In this document: piece by piece, positions 25,331-38,233 of the stretch | Numbering within the stretch: position 1 is the stretch's first letter | Layout of the letters: every line of letters starts with the position of its first letter | Source: Marsupella aquatica | Taxonomy: Eukaryota; Plantae; Marchantiophyta | Assembly (NCBI GenBank): GCA_973895155.1 | Contig: OZ316892.1 | Location: 21,329,619 to 21,393,618 of the forward strand | Length of the DNA stretch: 64,000 nucleotides | Reading direction: 5' to 3' | Notes under the pieces: model-generated | What the model was told of the DNA's origin: nothing | The model's input: only the letters and a program-made list of their open reading frames with translations | Database searches by the model: none | Made by a program: the position numbers and the translations under genes

Positions 25331-26582
25331 TTTGGAGGTTGGAGGTTCTTTTGTTTGCTTTCCCAGCTTGTCATCGCCACCATGTAGCTTTGAGCTCGAT
25401 GATGCTGGCGCCACTCCGAAGGAAGGAAGAAGAGTGTTGCTTGGAAGGAACAGCATTGCTTAGGAAGGTAGGTACCAAACGTCTGCAGCAATCACGGCGC
25501 TACTGCTCTTCAATTCCTGTGACGCGCCCGAGTCCCAAGTTGTTGCTCCTCTTGCAGATTTTAGGTAAGAGGATTTTATTTCTTTTTGTGTTCCTTCCGC
25601 TTCTCCTTCCCATGCTCAAGTTCTTCCGCTTCTCCTTCATATGTTCAAGTTGCGCGCTGAATGCAAAAACCCGAGTGACTGCGCTGAATACAACACCTAT
25701 CTCTTTGACAAGAGTTTTTTTATAACAGGTGAAGAGCACTGAAAGGTGTTGGAGTTGGAGGGGATCGCGGAGGCCTTTCACAGGTGGGTTTTCGTTACGG
25801 ACCCCCATGAGAGGTCTCTTGCAAATTCTTTAGCATACACCTCAGGTTTTGGGAGGGAGTCCGTTCACAAGTGGGTTTCGTTAACAAACACACGTTAACA
25901 TACACATCTACACCAAGAGTGAGGGCCCACGGGACTACTGAAAGCATATATATAAGTGCCCTTGGCACCAGTACATACTCAACAGCCTGTTCAGACGCCT
26001 TTCCCGACCTGTCACGGCCACTCCCTTAGTTTCCACTGTAGTAACTCGGCCTACTTTGCAATTCAACCATTGCATGCTCTCCTGCCAAGTGACTAAGCTA
26101 GAGACCAAAGACTTGGATATCCCCTTGAGTTCATTCAGCAGCATCATATATACCAAACTGACCAAAGATTACAACATCTCTAGAGCAAGGATCATTTGTT
26201 CAGGTTTTGGTTGAGGCAGATGTTTGTTTGAACGCTAGCATCTTCAGAGTACGTACGTAACCACATCTTCAGATCGGGCTTCAGGCTTTTAGTTAAGCTT
26301 CACCGTCAGAAATCGCCTGGTGGAAAGAGCAACTAGGGTATATATAAGGCTGACCGGATGGTCCTGTCCTCTACTCGAAAGTAACACCCTCCATCTCCAA
26401 CCCTGGAAACTAGAATACTATCTCTCCATTAAATTAATTACTACTCACTAGCCTGGACAGTGTTGGGTTAGTATGGACTGCTTTACTCATATATTGGAAA
26501 ATGACCAGAACAATCTTGGACTTGGGGGATGTAAACCCAAGCTATCCAAGTTCTATTGGATATGCCTAAATATATATTGAAT

Positions 26583-28518
26583 TTACTCGGGTCCGGCCCC
26601 AAGATTTCCTAGCTTTACAGCGCCGGTCTTGATGCAGGATTCCCACACATCTAGTCGCAAAGCTTCTAATCCTTGTTCTTCAGGTTCTGAGTCGTCGAAT
26701 AGCCATCCCTCGATCTTCGCCAATTGATTTTTCTCCAATTTATAGGCAAGTTTCCGTTGCTTCCTACAATAATTCTCGAACCAGTATGATACCTGCATTT
26801 AAGATTCCAGAATATAAGCTACTCCAGATGACACTCTGCATTTAAAATTCCAGAATATAAGCTACTCCAGATGACACGGTTGGGGTTTTTTCGACAGAGT
26901 TGAAGGAAAATTGTGCCAGGAGTTGTGCTGGGAAAGTGCGCGCCTTTACTTACTTTTTTCAAGGTGAGTTTGGCTTCGTTAGCCAGCTGAATTTTCTCCT
27001 CCTTAGTTGGCCTTGCATTTTCAGGGTGGGTTTCGACCCATGCTCTGAATAAACACCACGCAGATTGTCAAGCAGTTGTTCACAGAATGCTACAGGTACA
27101 GAGAGATTTACAACACAAGTGTAAGTTGCATTTCACTAGCTGGACTAGCTAGCGCACTACGTAGGTAGATACTATACCTGGATAATCATTGTGTATTCAA
27201 AACATTGCAAGCTATTAAAGTTTCAACAACTAGAAGCAGAACCAGTCTCTGCCAATTAATTACTTGTTACAAGTACGTACTGTCTACTAGCAATGAAGTC
27301 AATTAGCTACAGTAGTGAAGCTCTTTTGGTCTTGGTAGCGAATTTATACTTCAACACACTGATTGCATCGTCAGGGTGGTGGTTGTTTCTCTTATAGCTG
27401 ACACCAGCACTGTTTGTGCCCATCGCCCGTTTCTTCTCCCTTTCATTGCCGAACCAGGTGTTGACCTACAAGTGTTAATTTTCGAAAGCTGAAATTAATA
27501 ATTGCGGCTGAAATATACTTTGATAGTTAAAAAACTCGTGTGATTTTCAGGTAGCTAACAATTCAAAAATTCTGGCCCCCTTCTAGTTTCTGAGGTGCAC
27601 CAAAAGGAAATTAACTGCTACCTGCTTTATTGTGAGCCCAGAGAGCTTCGAAAGCTTGTAAAGCTGCCTATCGTTGGGATAAGGAGTTTCGTTATCATAA
27701 AAGTTCCTGCAACCGAAGTAGAGAAGTTAAAAATATTGTCTATTCATATTCATCGGAAATGCATGCCAGCCAGATAACATTCACTTCCAAACCCCCAAAA
27801 AGTGGAAATTTTGATACTTGCATGAATGATGAGAGCTCGCCAAGTTAGTTCATTTGTTCAATCAAATACATTACGATCACCTAGAGGTGTAAACCTACTC
27901 ATGGAATATAATCCTTAAATGTTACCTCATGCTCAACACAGCTGCTTTAGAGTGGCGATGAATCCTTGTCTGTTGGCAATCGTCGGCTCCCAGGGAGATC
28001 CCCTTCCTCGCGGACTTTATTCCGATGATGTCCGGGAGTGCAATATCTTGATCCTTGGCCCGTGTCTTCTCACGTTCGTCCAGCCTGCCACTCATACCTA
28101 TCCCATCTGCAACTCCACAACTGCTTCGGGTCTCTGATGGTAGATTTTTTTTGGTCTGCATTTCCACCTTCAACTCGTAAGTCCTGTCACTCATATCCAG
28201 GGATTCAATTTCCTCCGCGGTGAGGTAGTCCTCGAAAAGTACAGTATCCAGGACAGCTTGCATGCCAGCTTGCATGACGACCTCCCCGGTGGTCAGCGAC
28301 GGTGAAACTCCTGCAGTCGATATGTTGCTTACATTCTCCCATAAATTGAGCATGTCCTTGTCTTGGTCCATCGTGGTGAGCACAGAACTTGGCATCTTGC
28401 AATTGCTTTGACCGTCCCATCCACTTGGGTCTTCATATGTTGAGCTTGCCGTGTGCAGATGTACAGAACTCGGAGAAGGACCCACGTAGGTCAAATTACC
28501 AGCAGGGTTGCTGTCCAT
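26583..28518 (-). CDS. Double-homeodomain (TALE-like) transcription factor, 5 exons, ~364 aa
   Basis: Exons 28518-27926, 27706-27622, 27465-27350, 27044-26954 and 26792-26583 splice in frame (GT-AG). HD1: HSKAAVLSMRNFYDNETPYPNDRQLYKLSKLSGLTIKQVNTWFGNEREK. HD2: HPDDAISVLKAWVETHPENARPTKEEKIQLANEAKLTLKKVSYWFENYCRK. Confidence 0.85.
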
Positions 28519-29982
28519 ATTGACTGCAATTCAGATATATTTCATTGAAATGTTTAGTACACCTTCATATTGACTAGAATCTAAACTTGAACACATCACT
28601 TCCAAGAGTAAATTAATTCATGCCGCGTACGCATATCTCACTGAGAGCAAGCTACGCTCTTGCACTTATTGGTATAGCTTACGTGAGAGACCAAAAGAAT
28701 ACACACATCGCCTCCCCACCATTGTTTAATTCGAGAAAAAAAAACACTGTTAATTGGCGACCCACTCAGGACTCAGAATCAGCAATTTGACACTGGCCAG
28801 ATACGAAAGTTGACATTGGTCTCGCAACCAGAGTATCTAAACTTACAGTGCCCACCTCGTTGAATGCGCTCCCGAAATGCAACACCAGTCCTACAGAGTG
28901 CAAAGCTCCTCACCAAAATTAAGATGACAGAATGCAAAAGGCAAAATGCTTGAGATGCTGCGAATTGAGTGGGGGCATCCGGCTTAAATGAGACAGACCT
29001 GCAACCTAGACCAGAAGAAGTCCCAGCAACAATCCCAACCAGTGACTAAGAAAGAGCCTGCCGTTACAATTCTAGTAATGGTTAGATAACCCCAGTCACA
29101 GTAATAACCCTACTTATACATTGGCTAAGAACATGTACCAGCTGTAGGAGTTCTAGACGCAACGTACCATCAGGCCTGGAAGCTCGCACAGCACTAAGTA
29201 ATAATCCCATGCCAGTGACTAATTAACACAGAGGTCTGCCGTTAATTAAGGCTGCGCGCGCACAGGCGGGAAGAGTTCCCTGAGGTTACTGTGAGGCTAT
29301 ATAGTTAAAGGAAACAAACCCTAATAATTAAGTTCCACCAATAGATATCACGCGCAATAACCTCGGGCTCATTGGCTGATGACATGCAGACTGTGCTATT
29401 AAGATTGCCCAGGCTACCAAAAGGCTAAGGTGATGTCCAAGGCATAACACGAGTAACCGATTTAGCATTGGCAGGGAACAGATCGGAAGAGTATGTACAC
29501 ATGTAACCAGGAGCAAATGATAGTACTTGTTGGTCAGATAATAGCTGTTAACATTCACAGGGAAAAACTGTCACATGCCCCCGTTGGAAATCAAATATAT
29601 ACTACCTTATGTGTGACTTTTACCTAGTTTGATATTGGTGTTCTTAAATACTACTTATATATTTGTATTTTCCTTTGGTAATAAGTGATTTTTGCCTATT
29701 CTCTTGTGTTCAGATGTGAATTTGTAGATTTACCTACAAACGCTAAAACACACATGTATGAGACTCTATGGTAACAAGGATATAGCTAAGAAACAGCTTC
29801 ATCATGGTTGACAACAATTGTAATATATCCACATGACCAAAACCTTTCAACAGGAGGAATTTGTTCGCAGTCCTGCTGGGCTACAAGCAGAAACCGTCTG
29901 GATCGAGGGAATAGCAACTAGTGTACAAGGCTGACCCGTAGTCAAGCAAGCATGCAACGACCAGATCACCAGATCAACCAAC

Positions 29983-30124
29983 ATGTCAATCGACAGGAAG
30001 GTGGAGCTCCAGTCATCAGATGATGTTATATTTGAAGTGTACATGTCCGTTGTGCAATACTAAAAAAAATGAGAGAAAGATGTAATTGAGATCACTGGAA
30101 ACGGAAGGTACGATTCCCTTGCCT
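29983..30124 (+). pseudogene. SKP1-like N-terminal (POZ) fragment
   Basis: MSIDRKVELQSSDDVIFEVYMSVVQY*...DVIEITG...TIPL resembles SKP1 (K.VLKSSDG..FEV...IPLPNV); stops and frameshift, truncated. Confidence 0.65.
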
Positions 30125-30129
30125 TTTGC

Positions 30130-30455
30130 TCAATTTCACATTTTTTACTTTTGTTCACCTCAACATATTTACCGTCTCTTTAACATCTTTTCTCCATCTC
30201 CTTGACATATTTTCCTCATCTTTATATTTTTTTTCACCTTGAGTTCTTTTCTCTCCTCGACCTCCGGCCTTTTTTCACCTTGACCTCATTTCCTCGCCTC
30301 AACATTTTTTTCTCTCATCAACATATTTTTTCACCTCAATATCTTTACCTCACCTCCCTATCTTTGCCTCGCCTCAAAATGTTGTCCTCTCTTTGATATC
30401 TTGCCCTTGCCCCAACATCTTTGTCTCATCTTGTTCTCACCTCAAAATCTTTTGT
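30130..30455 (+). repeat. Pyrimidine-rich degenerate tandem repeat
   Basis: Recurrent CACCTCAACAT(A/C)TTTT-like units. Confidence 0.6.
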
Positions 30456-30544
30456 GTAACACACATGCATCAGGCTAATAACATGTAGTATCCCAAAACT
30501 AAGGGAGGTAGTGAAACAACCCGTCACTTAGAGAACTCAAGCAT

Positions 30545-30580
30545 CACTAGAAGGAAATTGGGTTTTTACAACTATGTCCT
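30545..30580 (+). mobile_element. Possible CACTA terminus (partner end not found in window)
   Basis: CACTAGAAGGAAATTGGGTTTTTAC preceded by CAT; no matching TAGTG-CAT end seen. Confidence 0.4.
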
Positions 30581-30804
30581 TTTTTACTCCTGGTCGGAAA
30601 CAACTCTTAAGCAATCCCAACAACTGTGTTTTCGAAGAGTGGTATCTGGCTTGTAAAAGCAACTAAGTTTACCACTGCAATAGAAAGAATAACTCATTTG
30701 TTCTATTTGAGTGACTAAGGACAATTTAAGAAACTACTCTAATTATAGATGAAGAGGATTCTAGTTACTTGTTTAAGGTAGTTTTGTAGTTATTTGGGTG
30801 ACGG

Positions 30805-30987
30805 TGGCTAATGACTATGACACTTAGAGTTATATGGGACAACGGTGAGAAAGGACTGGCCCAACATAAACCTTGAGACATTGGTGTTTTCCATGGTGGC
30901 TAATGATTATGACACATAGAGTTATATGGGACAATGGTGAGAAAAGACTGGCCGAACAGAAACCTTGAGACATCAGTGTTTTCCATT
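30805..30987 (+). repeat. ~90-bp imperfect tandem duplication
   Basis: GGTGGCTAATGA.TATGACAC.TAGAGTTATATGGGACAA.GGTGAGAAA.GACTGGCC.AACA.AAACCTTGAGACAT..GTGTTTTCCAT x2. Confidence 0.85.
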
Positions 30988-32458
30988 AAAAGACTTGGTC
31001 AGGAACATATAGTTGTACACTTCTATCTTGAGCAGCTGCTATATATTTGCTGAACAAATATATGTTGGACCATTAATTTGTAGTTTGATTTGGCCTACAA
31101 ATCATTTCTTAGTAGCAACCAGGGTAGCAAGCTCTTTACGCAGTTAAATGTGGATTTGCATGGGCCAGTTGGTAATGAGCACGGAACTACTACAATGCAA
31201 GCTCTGCGGTTGGGAGTATAAATATTCTGGTGGAAATACAATCTTGCAACTTTAGGATTGCAAGAGAGTTTGCTGGTTACTCAACCATAAGTAGACTTCA
31301 TCTTGTACAACGTGTGAGTACAAATAAACATTGAAATTGTTTTAATTTTACAAAATATATGTATTACAATGTGCAGTGCAACAACACTCCCAATTTAGAT
31401 CCGCAAAAGTTTTTATAAATTGCTATGTAGACCTTCTATCGGCATATGACCCAGTAACCAGTTCTCTGCTTCTTCTATAGGGGTATTTACATAAGACAGG
31501 AAACAGGAAAACAGGAAACCCAAAAGAGGAACCGATGACAGGAAACAGGAAACCGAATATAGAAAACTTCAGCGAAGAATTACGGAAATTTTTCTGGTGT
31601 GAACAAAGAACTTGACATTCAAAACAGGACGTTTAGAAGATTCGAGTTGAATGCACAAAAAATGGTTAAGAATAGCGCCAGGCGCTCGTTTAATAAGCTT
31701 ATGGGAACTGTACATTGAAAACCATTTTGACTGCTATCCGTTAGCAAATAGCAAATCCGTCCCGAAGAACAAAAACTCGTGTACAAGAAGATATCAAAGA
31801 ACGTTGGGCGTCTCGGTCGGGCAAGTGAGCACACTAGCGCCTGGCGCTAGTTCTCTCGGTTGTGGAAGAACTGTTGTCGTCCTCGATGCCAGCCATAGAT
31901 GTGGCTGTGTTGGGAGTAAAACCATTCTCACGAGGAGATTCTCCTTGGATTATCCATGGCAGGTCAGCGTAAGAGCTCGAACACAATCAAAAGTGGAAAG
32001 CACTGTAAGACGATAATGGCGGATCACCTTGAGAACTGATGCAATACTGGGCATTCAGGACTTAATCGCTCAAAGTTTATAGGGATTAGGGTGTAATATC
32101 ATGGCTCCCTGAACCGCCCGCTCCATCTGGAAATGGTGGTTGCATCCTCAAACTCCCGTTATGGTCTAAAACGAAAACGGCCGTCTCAACATCAAACGGG
32201 CGTTTTCACCTCACATGACCATCGCGACAGACCAGACAAAGATTCACGGGAAAATTTGACTGACGTCATCCAGAAAGTATGGGAGTACCAATGTACCAAC
32301 ATCATGACCGTTATACAATTATAGTAGTGTCGGGCGCTACTATAACAGAAAGTGTACTTCGAGCGGACACTCCATGGTTGCAACTGACATATAATATCTT
32401 TTATTGTACAATATTTCTTGCATACATTTGGGTAGCGCCCGACACTAGCATAGTTCCA

Positions 32459-35400
32459 CTAAAAAATACCTAAAAAATCTGAGCACTCCGATTCACTTGA
32501 TTCGGACCTGTCGGTAGATTCTGCCTCGATGTCTAAAAATTCGCTCTTGGCCATATCATCCACAAATTGGTTCCGCATAAATTTTCTATCAGACCCCCTC
32601 CTTAATCTCAAGCCTTTATTCTCCCAGTGCAGGGTCCGCACACTGTCAACTCTTCTAGCAACATTTTCAGCATAGGAAGGTAAGACAAATGGTTTCTCGG
32701 GAGTTTCAATATATCGCCTAGCTACTTTCCGTCTGAGTTGGAAACGTCGGCGTAGATTCCAGTCTGACCTGAGGAGGAGAATATTGGATTTTATGTCAAC
32801 GGTCGAAATATTTGCAAAAAAGGAAATAAAAAATGTGACATCAAAGAAAGAAGAAGGGAATCGACCGTAATAAAAAACTGGGTTAGCTTATGAGCTTACT
32901 CGGTAGTTTCTTACTCAGAAGAGTCTCCGCTATCACTCCCTCCATTAGATTCCAAATCTTCTCCGGTTAAAGACACTCTGGGAGGTGGCCCATTGGAGGT
33001 GGTCTGCTGGCTATTCTTGATGCATCGACAGGACCGGAGCCTATTCACACTGCTAGGATCTTTTGTGTATATCAGACTCTCTGGATGATTTGGCTGGGAA
33101 GAAATGAACATATGTTCTCTGACAAGGTGGGACGTTCATTTGACTTGGGCCTGATGCTTGCTGAGACTGCCAATCACATCCATGCGGTTGGGGCTGGTTT
33201 ACGCTTTGGGCGGCGTCGCTCTCGGTTGAACCGGGCTCAGGAATGGTTGCGGGGAACGAGGCAAATCTGGCTGAGACGGGGTGGGGACAGGATTCTCTTG
33301 GTGCCCTCTAGCGGCGGCGGTGCTGATTGAGGGGTCTGCTTTTTGGGGGGCTGCTGTGGGAAGGGCATGGGTGCTCTCTTGATCGGTGTTATTTCCCTTC
33401 TTTGAGGGGGGGCTCTCCCTGGGGCTTTGATGCTCTCTTTTGTGCTTTTGGGCTCTCTTTGTGGCTCGCTAGTGTGTTGTTGCTGTCCCTGTATTAAGGG
33501 CTGTTGTTCCCCCTATCCGTGGGGTCTTTCACGGTATTAAAATTTATTAAAAAAACCATTCCAAGGAAAGACACTCTGGGAATGTTGGGATCCTCCTCTT
33601 CTTCTTCCCCCTCTTCTGCTTCATTCTCATCTTCGGAGTCAAAATTTAATACTGATTTAAGTTTGTCTCTCTTTTGTTTTGCAAGCACAGGCTTCGGAGG
33701 GGCTTTGGACTCAGATACTTTGGGAGTTAGAAGGTCAAGAAATATTTTTGAAGCGGATTCAACGAACTCCTTCCTATTCTTGAGCCCAATTACAAATCGA
33801 CCACAATTGTCACCTGCCACAAATGTACTCCCAGAACCTACAGCCTAATCCAGAACAATATCTCCAGGACACGTGATTAGTTCGAAAATAGACTGCATAA
33901 ACCCTGGATGTAGTCTGGCATTCCCGACAAATTCAAGCTCTGGAGTTGTATCCACCTTCGCAAACGGAAGTCCGATCAGATTTGTGATAAAGGGATCCTC
34001 TGTTCTTGAAAGAGGTTTGAACTTAGGATCCTTTGGGACTTTCACCTTGGATGATACCCGACAAAATATATCCAAACGTAAAGTGAATACCTGAAAAGGG
34101 AACATGAACTGTAAGTAAGGACCTAAGAATTGTCATAGCGCCGGGCGCTAGCAAAGAATTAAGAGCATGATTAGTAGTGTACCTAGGAAAAGATTAAAAT
34201 TTCTAATCAAGCACCAGATAAAATGAGCAGCGCCTAGCGCTAGCAAAACTTTGAAATTGTGATGAATAGATTTACCTGCAAATCAGACTTGGCCTTGTAC
34301 ATGGGGAACCCCATGACAACATTATGTGTACACAAACATTGGAATTTCTTAGACTCTTGACATGCTGAGATGACCTGTGAAATCTGATTATACTCCCCCG
34401 TATGGAGTATCGCAATAATTCCGTCATCCAACAAAAAGGGATCCATTGCCCGGAAAAAACATCGGGCTAGCGTACAGTCGGGAACGTTCCATTTAGGGAC
34501 CTTCCTATCAAGCAAAGTTGGTTTTAGCCCAGTTGGCAAATAAATAAAACCAGCGTCAACACCAAAAGGCCTTTCTTTCCCACCCCTCACCACCCCTTTC
34601 AGTTGGCATCCCGATTTGATTAAGTCCTTCCCCAACTTTTTGGCATCATTAACCCATTCTGGCTTTTCCTCCTTGTTAAACATACTATCCACTAATTCAC
34701 TGACACTGGTCTCAACGAAACAATGACGAGATGCCTTGGATTTAAAATTCCCAACATCACGTTGGAGCCTGGTGGCCGCCAGAGAATCCCTTTCTGATTG
34801 CCCAGCATCGCGAGTCCTCCTGCTTTTCTTCTTTGTACTCGTTGCATCAACTAGTACAACTGATTTTCCAGAATTAACTGGTGTAAGTGAATCTGGCAAA
34901 GTGCTAGTATTTGCTTCTAAAGCTTTCGGGGTAACCTTTGTATCATCAGTGGCGTCTGCATCTGACTTCTTTTGACCTATTCACACAATGCAGAGAATGT
35001 GGTAGTGTCAGAAAGAAAAAAATGGATTAAGGTTGAAGTACAGGAATAGTATTGCCAAGCGCTAGCAAAGAACTAAACTGGGTTTGAATGAAAACATACG
35101 TTTCTTTCCGGATCGCGTTGATGCACTTGGCAGTGCTGTGTCTACTTTCACTTTCCCTCTCGGCTTGCGGCTCCTGTCTACATGGACAACTACTGTCTCG
35201 CAGATTGTTTGTAACTCAGAAGATGATTTGTCAACGTCGCTCAGGAGCCCTAGCTTGCTTCATCTCAAAAACTATGTTGGGTAGAATCTGCAACTTGGCT
35301 AGTTTAAGAAACCAATCCTTCTCTACTTTGTCAAATGGTGAATCCCACTTGTCTGTGTCAAGATACCACAGGCAATGAATTCTTTCCCACTCAGACATTT

Positions 35401-37396
35401 CCCGTGGTGGAAGTTTACCCTCGGCAGGATACATCAAATAAAAGTCAGCAACATGATCTCCCTCCAAGTTTGCAACAATCCACTTGTGAAATGCAGCTGG
35501 ATACGCCCAAAGTGCATTCGGGGAATGTACTTCCATCCATATGTAAAAACAATACAAATACCTCTTGGCCCTCTTCTGATTTTTCTCTGTATATACCTCT
35601 TTATTAGTGTATTTTGATGGCCACATGGTGTTGAAGAACTTTGCCTTCACAAGATCCCCATACCTTCTGAACTCACTTGAAATAATTTCAATCAGACCCT
35701 CTACTGAGTCACACCTTGAATGGGCAAGCCTATCAACTGGGAGTGTTTCAATGGCTGCGGAAATTGCAGACTGCAACATCCCAATTGTGATTCCCTCGAC
35801 GGTATTCTAGGTCTGCCATGTGTGACACCACTGCTCAGTGGATCATCATTCACACTGGCAGGGTGGAAGAATTGTTTTCTCAACTCTGGAGTACAGTGAG
35901 CAACAAGCAAAGTGCATCTCACTTTTGGATCGAGAGCAGAAATTGCTGTGAATAGTCTAGCACGGTCCATAGTACAAACAACCGAATCGGGTTTTTTCTC
36001 TCGGTTGTTCAAGATTCTCCGTCAATACGTACATCTCTGCACAAGTACCTAGAAAATCTTCAAACTCAGGACTAAGAAGAGGAGTGATTTTGGATGTTTT
36101 CGTAGACCAGTCTTTGGTGGCCTCTTTCAACATGAGTGATTGCTGCTTTGCAACCTCATCAGCCGACCAAGGATTGCCTTGACTTGCTGCCAATGCTATG
36201 TCCATCTTGAACTGGTTAGTGTAAGCTTTGATTTTGTTTTTGCATAAAATATAAACAAGAGCTTCCAGAGGCATTTTTTGTGTGTACCAAGAATGTTTTC
36301 AAGTCTTCTATTTTATATACTCAAACTTAGCATAATTGGCGCTGTCAATTATTGACTTATAGTACTCTAGATTGTGAGAGAGAATCCTTCAGATTCTGTC
36401 TGCGTCAAGGATCCACGACGGTTCAACAACGGCCTGCCCTAACCTACAATAGGCCATGTTTGAAATTAGTAGCGCCAGGCGCTAGCATAAAAACAAACAC
36501 TCTCTTTAGTATTTATTTAACAACAACGGATTGTGGAAATGTTTAATTACAAGTTTGGGCCGAATTACTTACTGGTTGACTGTGTGCATAGCCGCCTCAA
36601 TCTGAATTTGCAAAGCTTTATCACCCTTGAAAATGCTGCAGAGAACTTTGGGATGATACTTGGCATTGTCTGGATTTTCCTTCAATGTGAACATAGTCCA
36701 CGAGTAAAGTCGGTGATTCCCGTCAAAGACTGAGAACATTTTGTCTTTCAAGATCGTAAAAGCTGGATCTGCCGCGCATTCTAACTCAAATTTCTCGTTC
36801 TCAGCAACCCAAATAGCATCCCAAGTCTCCCTGATCGCCTCAGTGCATATTTGCTCCACACCATCGGAATCGGTCGGTTGCACAAAAAACCGCATTCCAA
36901 TCCTTGGATTGTAGCCACTACTTCGGAACAAGTCTTTCAATTTCTCAATTGACGCACTCTCCTTCTGAAGCGTCTGCACTGCCTCCATGAGGATCAACCG
37001 ACAAAGCGGAATCCTAGGCGGTTTCTTCTTGTTTCCACGGAAATCTTTTCCAAATGACATTATGTGTCGCGAGATGACTTCATCCATCCCTAATCCAACC
37101 TCGTTGCCCTCTCCCAGCGCGTAATTGGTCATGCTATCCGTGTCCATTTGGACCCTTCTGGACTTCTGGAGTGGTAGTGTTGCGTTGAAGGAAGTGATTG
37201 CTCCGCTCGACCTTGTAACTCGACGCAAGTAAAATGCCCTAGAGAACAAAGATTGTGTAGACTCGCAATGACCCTGATCTCCCTCTAGAACTGTGGTATA
37301 CCCTCTTGGAGAGCTTGGGGCGCTTGAAGGTTGCATTGTGGAGCATGTCAATACGTGAAGGTCTTTGTACGACACAGAGCCAGTCTCTATCCTCAC
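32459..37396 (-). pseudogene. ParB/Srx-like + N6/N4 DNA methyltransferase-like fusion gene (copy 2)
   Basis: ParB-like FSVFDGNHRLYSW exon ends at 36573 (same phase-2 intron as copy 1). Middle exon homologous to copy 1. VDAGFIYLPTG..W..FFRAMDPFLLDDGIIAIL (motif IV-VI region) precedes LHPGFMQSIFELITCPGDIVLD*AVGSGSTFVAGDNCGRFVIGLKNRKEF (motif X-I-II), i.e. beta-class order. Several stops and frameshifts; 3' exons uncertain. Confidence 0.8.
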
Positions 37397-38233
37397 GCTC
37401 CGAACAAATTACTGTACACAAAGAACAACATAAAACCTTTAAAACTTTTCCATCATAGTGCAGTTGACATCATGTGACGGAGAACGAGAAGGATTGAAAG
37501 AATCTCATTGACCAATCCAAACAAAGACAGGTGGCAGGGACTATTTGAAATGAGTAGAATTCACGTCTATTTTCAAGTCATTTGTGGATGCAATGATGAA
37601 CGGGAGTGTATTGTTAAACAATCCAACGAAAAACAACACAAAGTAAGGAATTCATTCATACATGTTACCGTTAGAGGTAACCGTTGGGCAAACCAAAGTC
37701 ATCTCCATCGATACTAGCGCCCAACGCTAGTATCAAAAACCATTAAAAATACTCTCATACATGACAATGACATGAAGGAGATTATGTTAGCGCTGGGCGC
37801 TAGCTATGTATACCCCTTGTATTTTCCCAAGAAGTAACGATTCCAAAACAAAATGAAACGTTGAAATTGATTTTTTCAGCAATTCCATCAAAATCAATAA
37901 AATATTTCGCTCTGACTTGACAGTCCGCTAATGATAGCGCCTGGCGCTAGCACATTCAGTCTGGTTTCTAAGTTGAAACCCGAGTACTTCTTTATGGTAG
38001 CGTCGGGCGTTAATAATTATATGATCGCATTTTTTACACGTTACCGGTAAGTAGTGTCGTTGGCAAAACGACAAACTACATTTATGTGTCTGCATCTAAC
38101 GACTAGTACCCGTTTTGTCGTTTACAAATGATAATCTTCTGAGGTTTGGAATGAGTTTACTTAACTTAAGTCGAGTAATGTTCTCCTATTTTCTCAGTTC
38201 CTTTGTTTATCAAATTAACATCATTCTCCCGCA

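Noticed and set aside
25000-26300. Short ORFs between GLOX and the homeobox gene
   Set aside because: No recognisable domains; they overlap degenerate repeats.
26793-26878. ~43-bp intronic tandem duplication copying the splice acceptor of the last homeobox exon
   Set aside because: Real, but likely neutral slippage; the upstream acceptor copy would shift the frame.
31150-31330. BED zinc-finger-like fragment (CKLCGWEYKYSGGNT)
   Set aside because: Too short, with stops and no His ligands at the expected positions.
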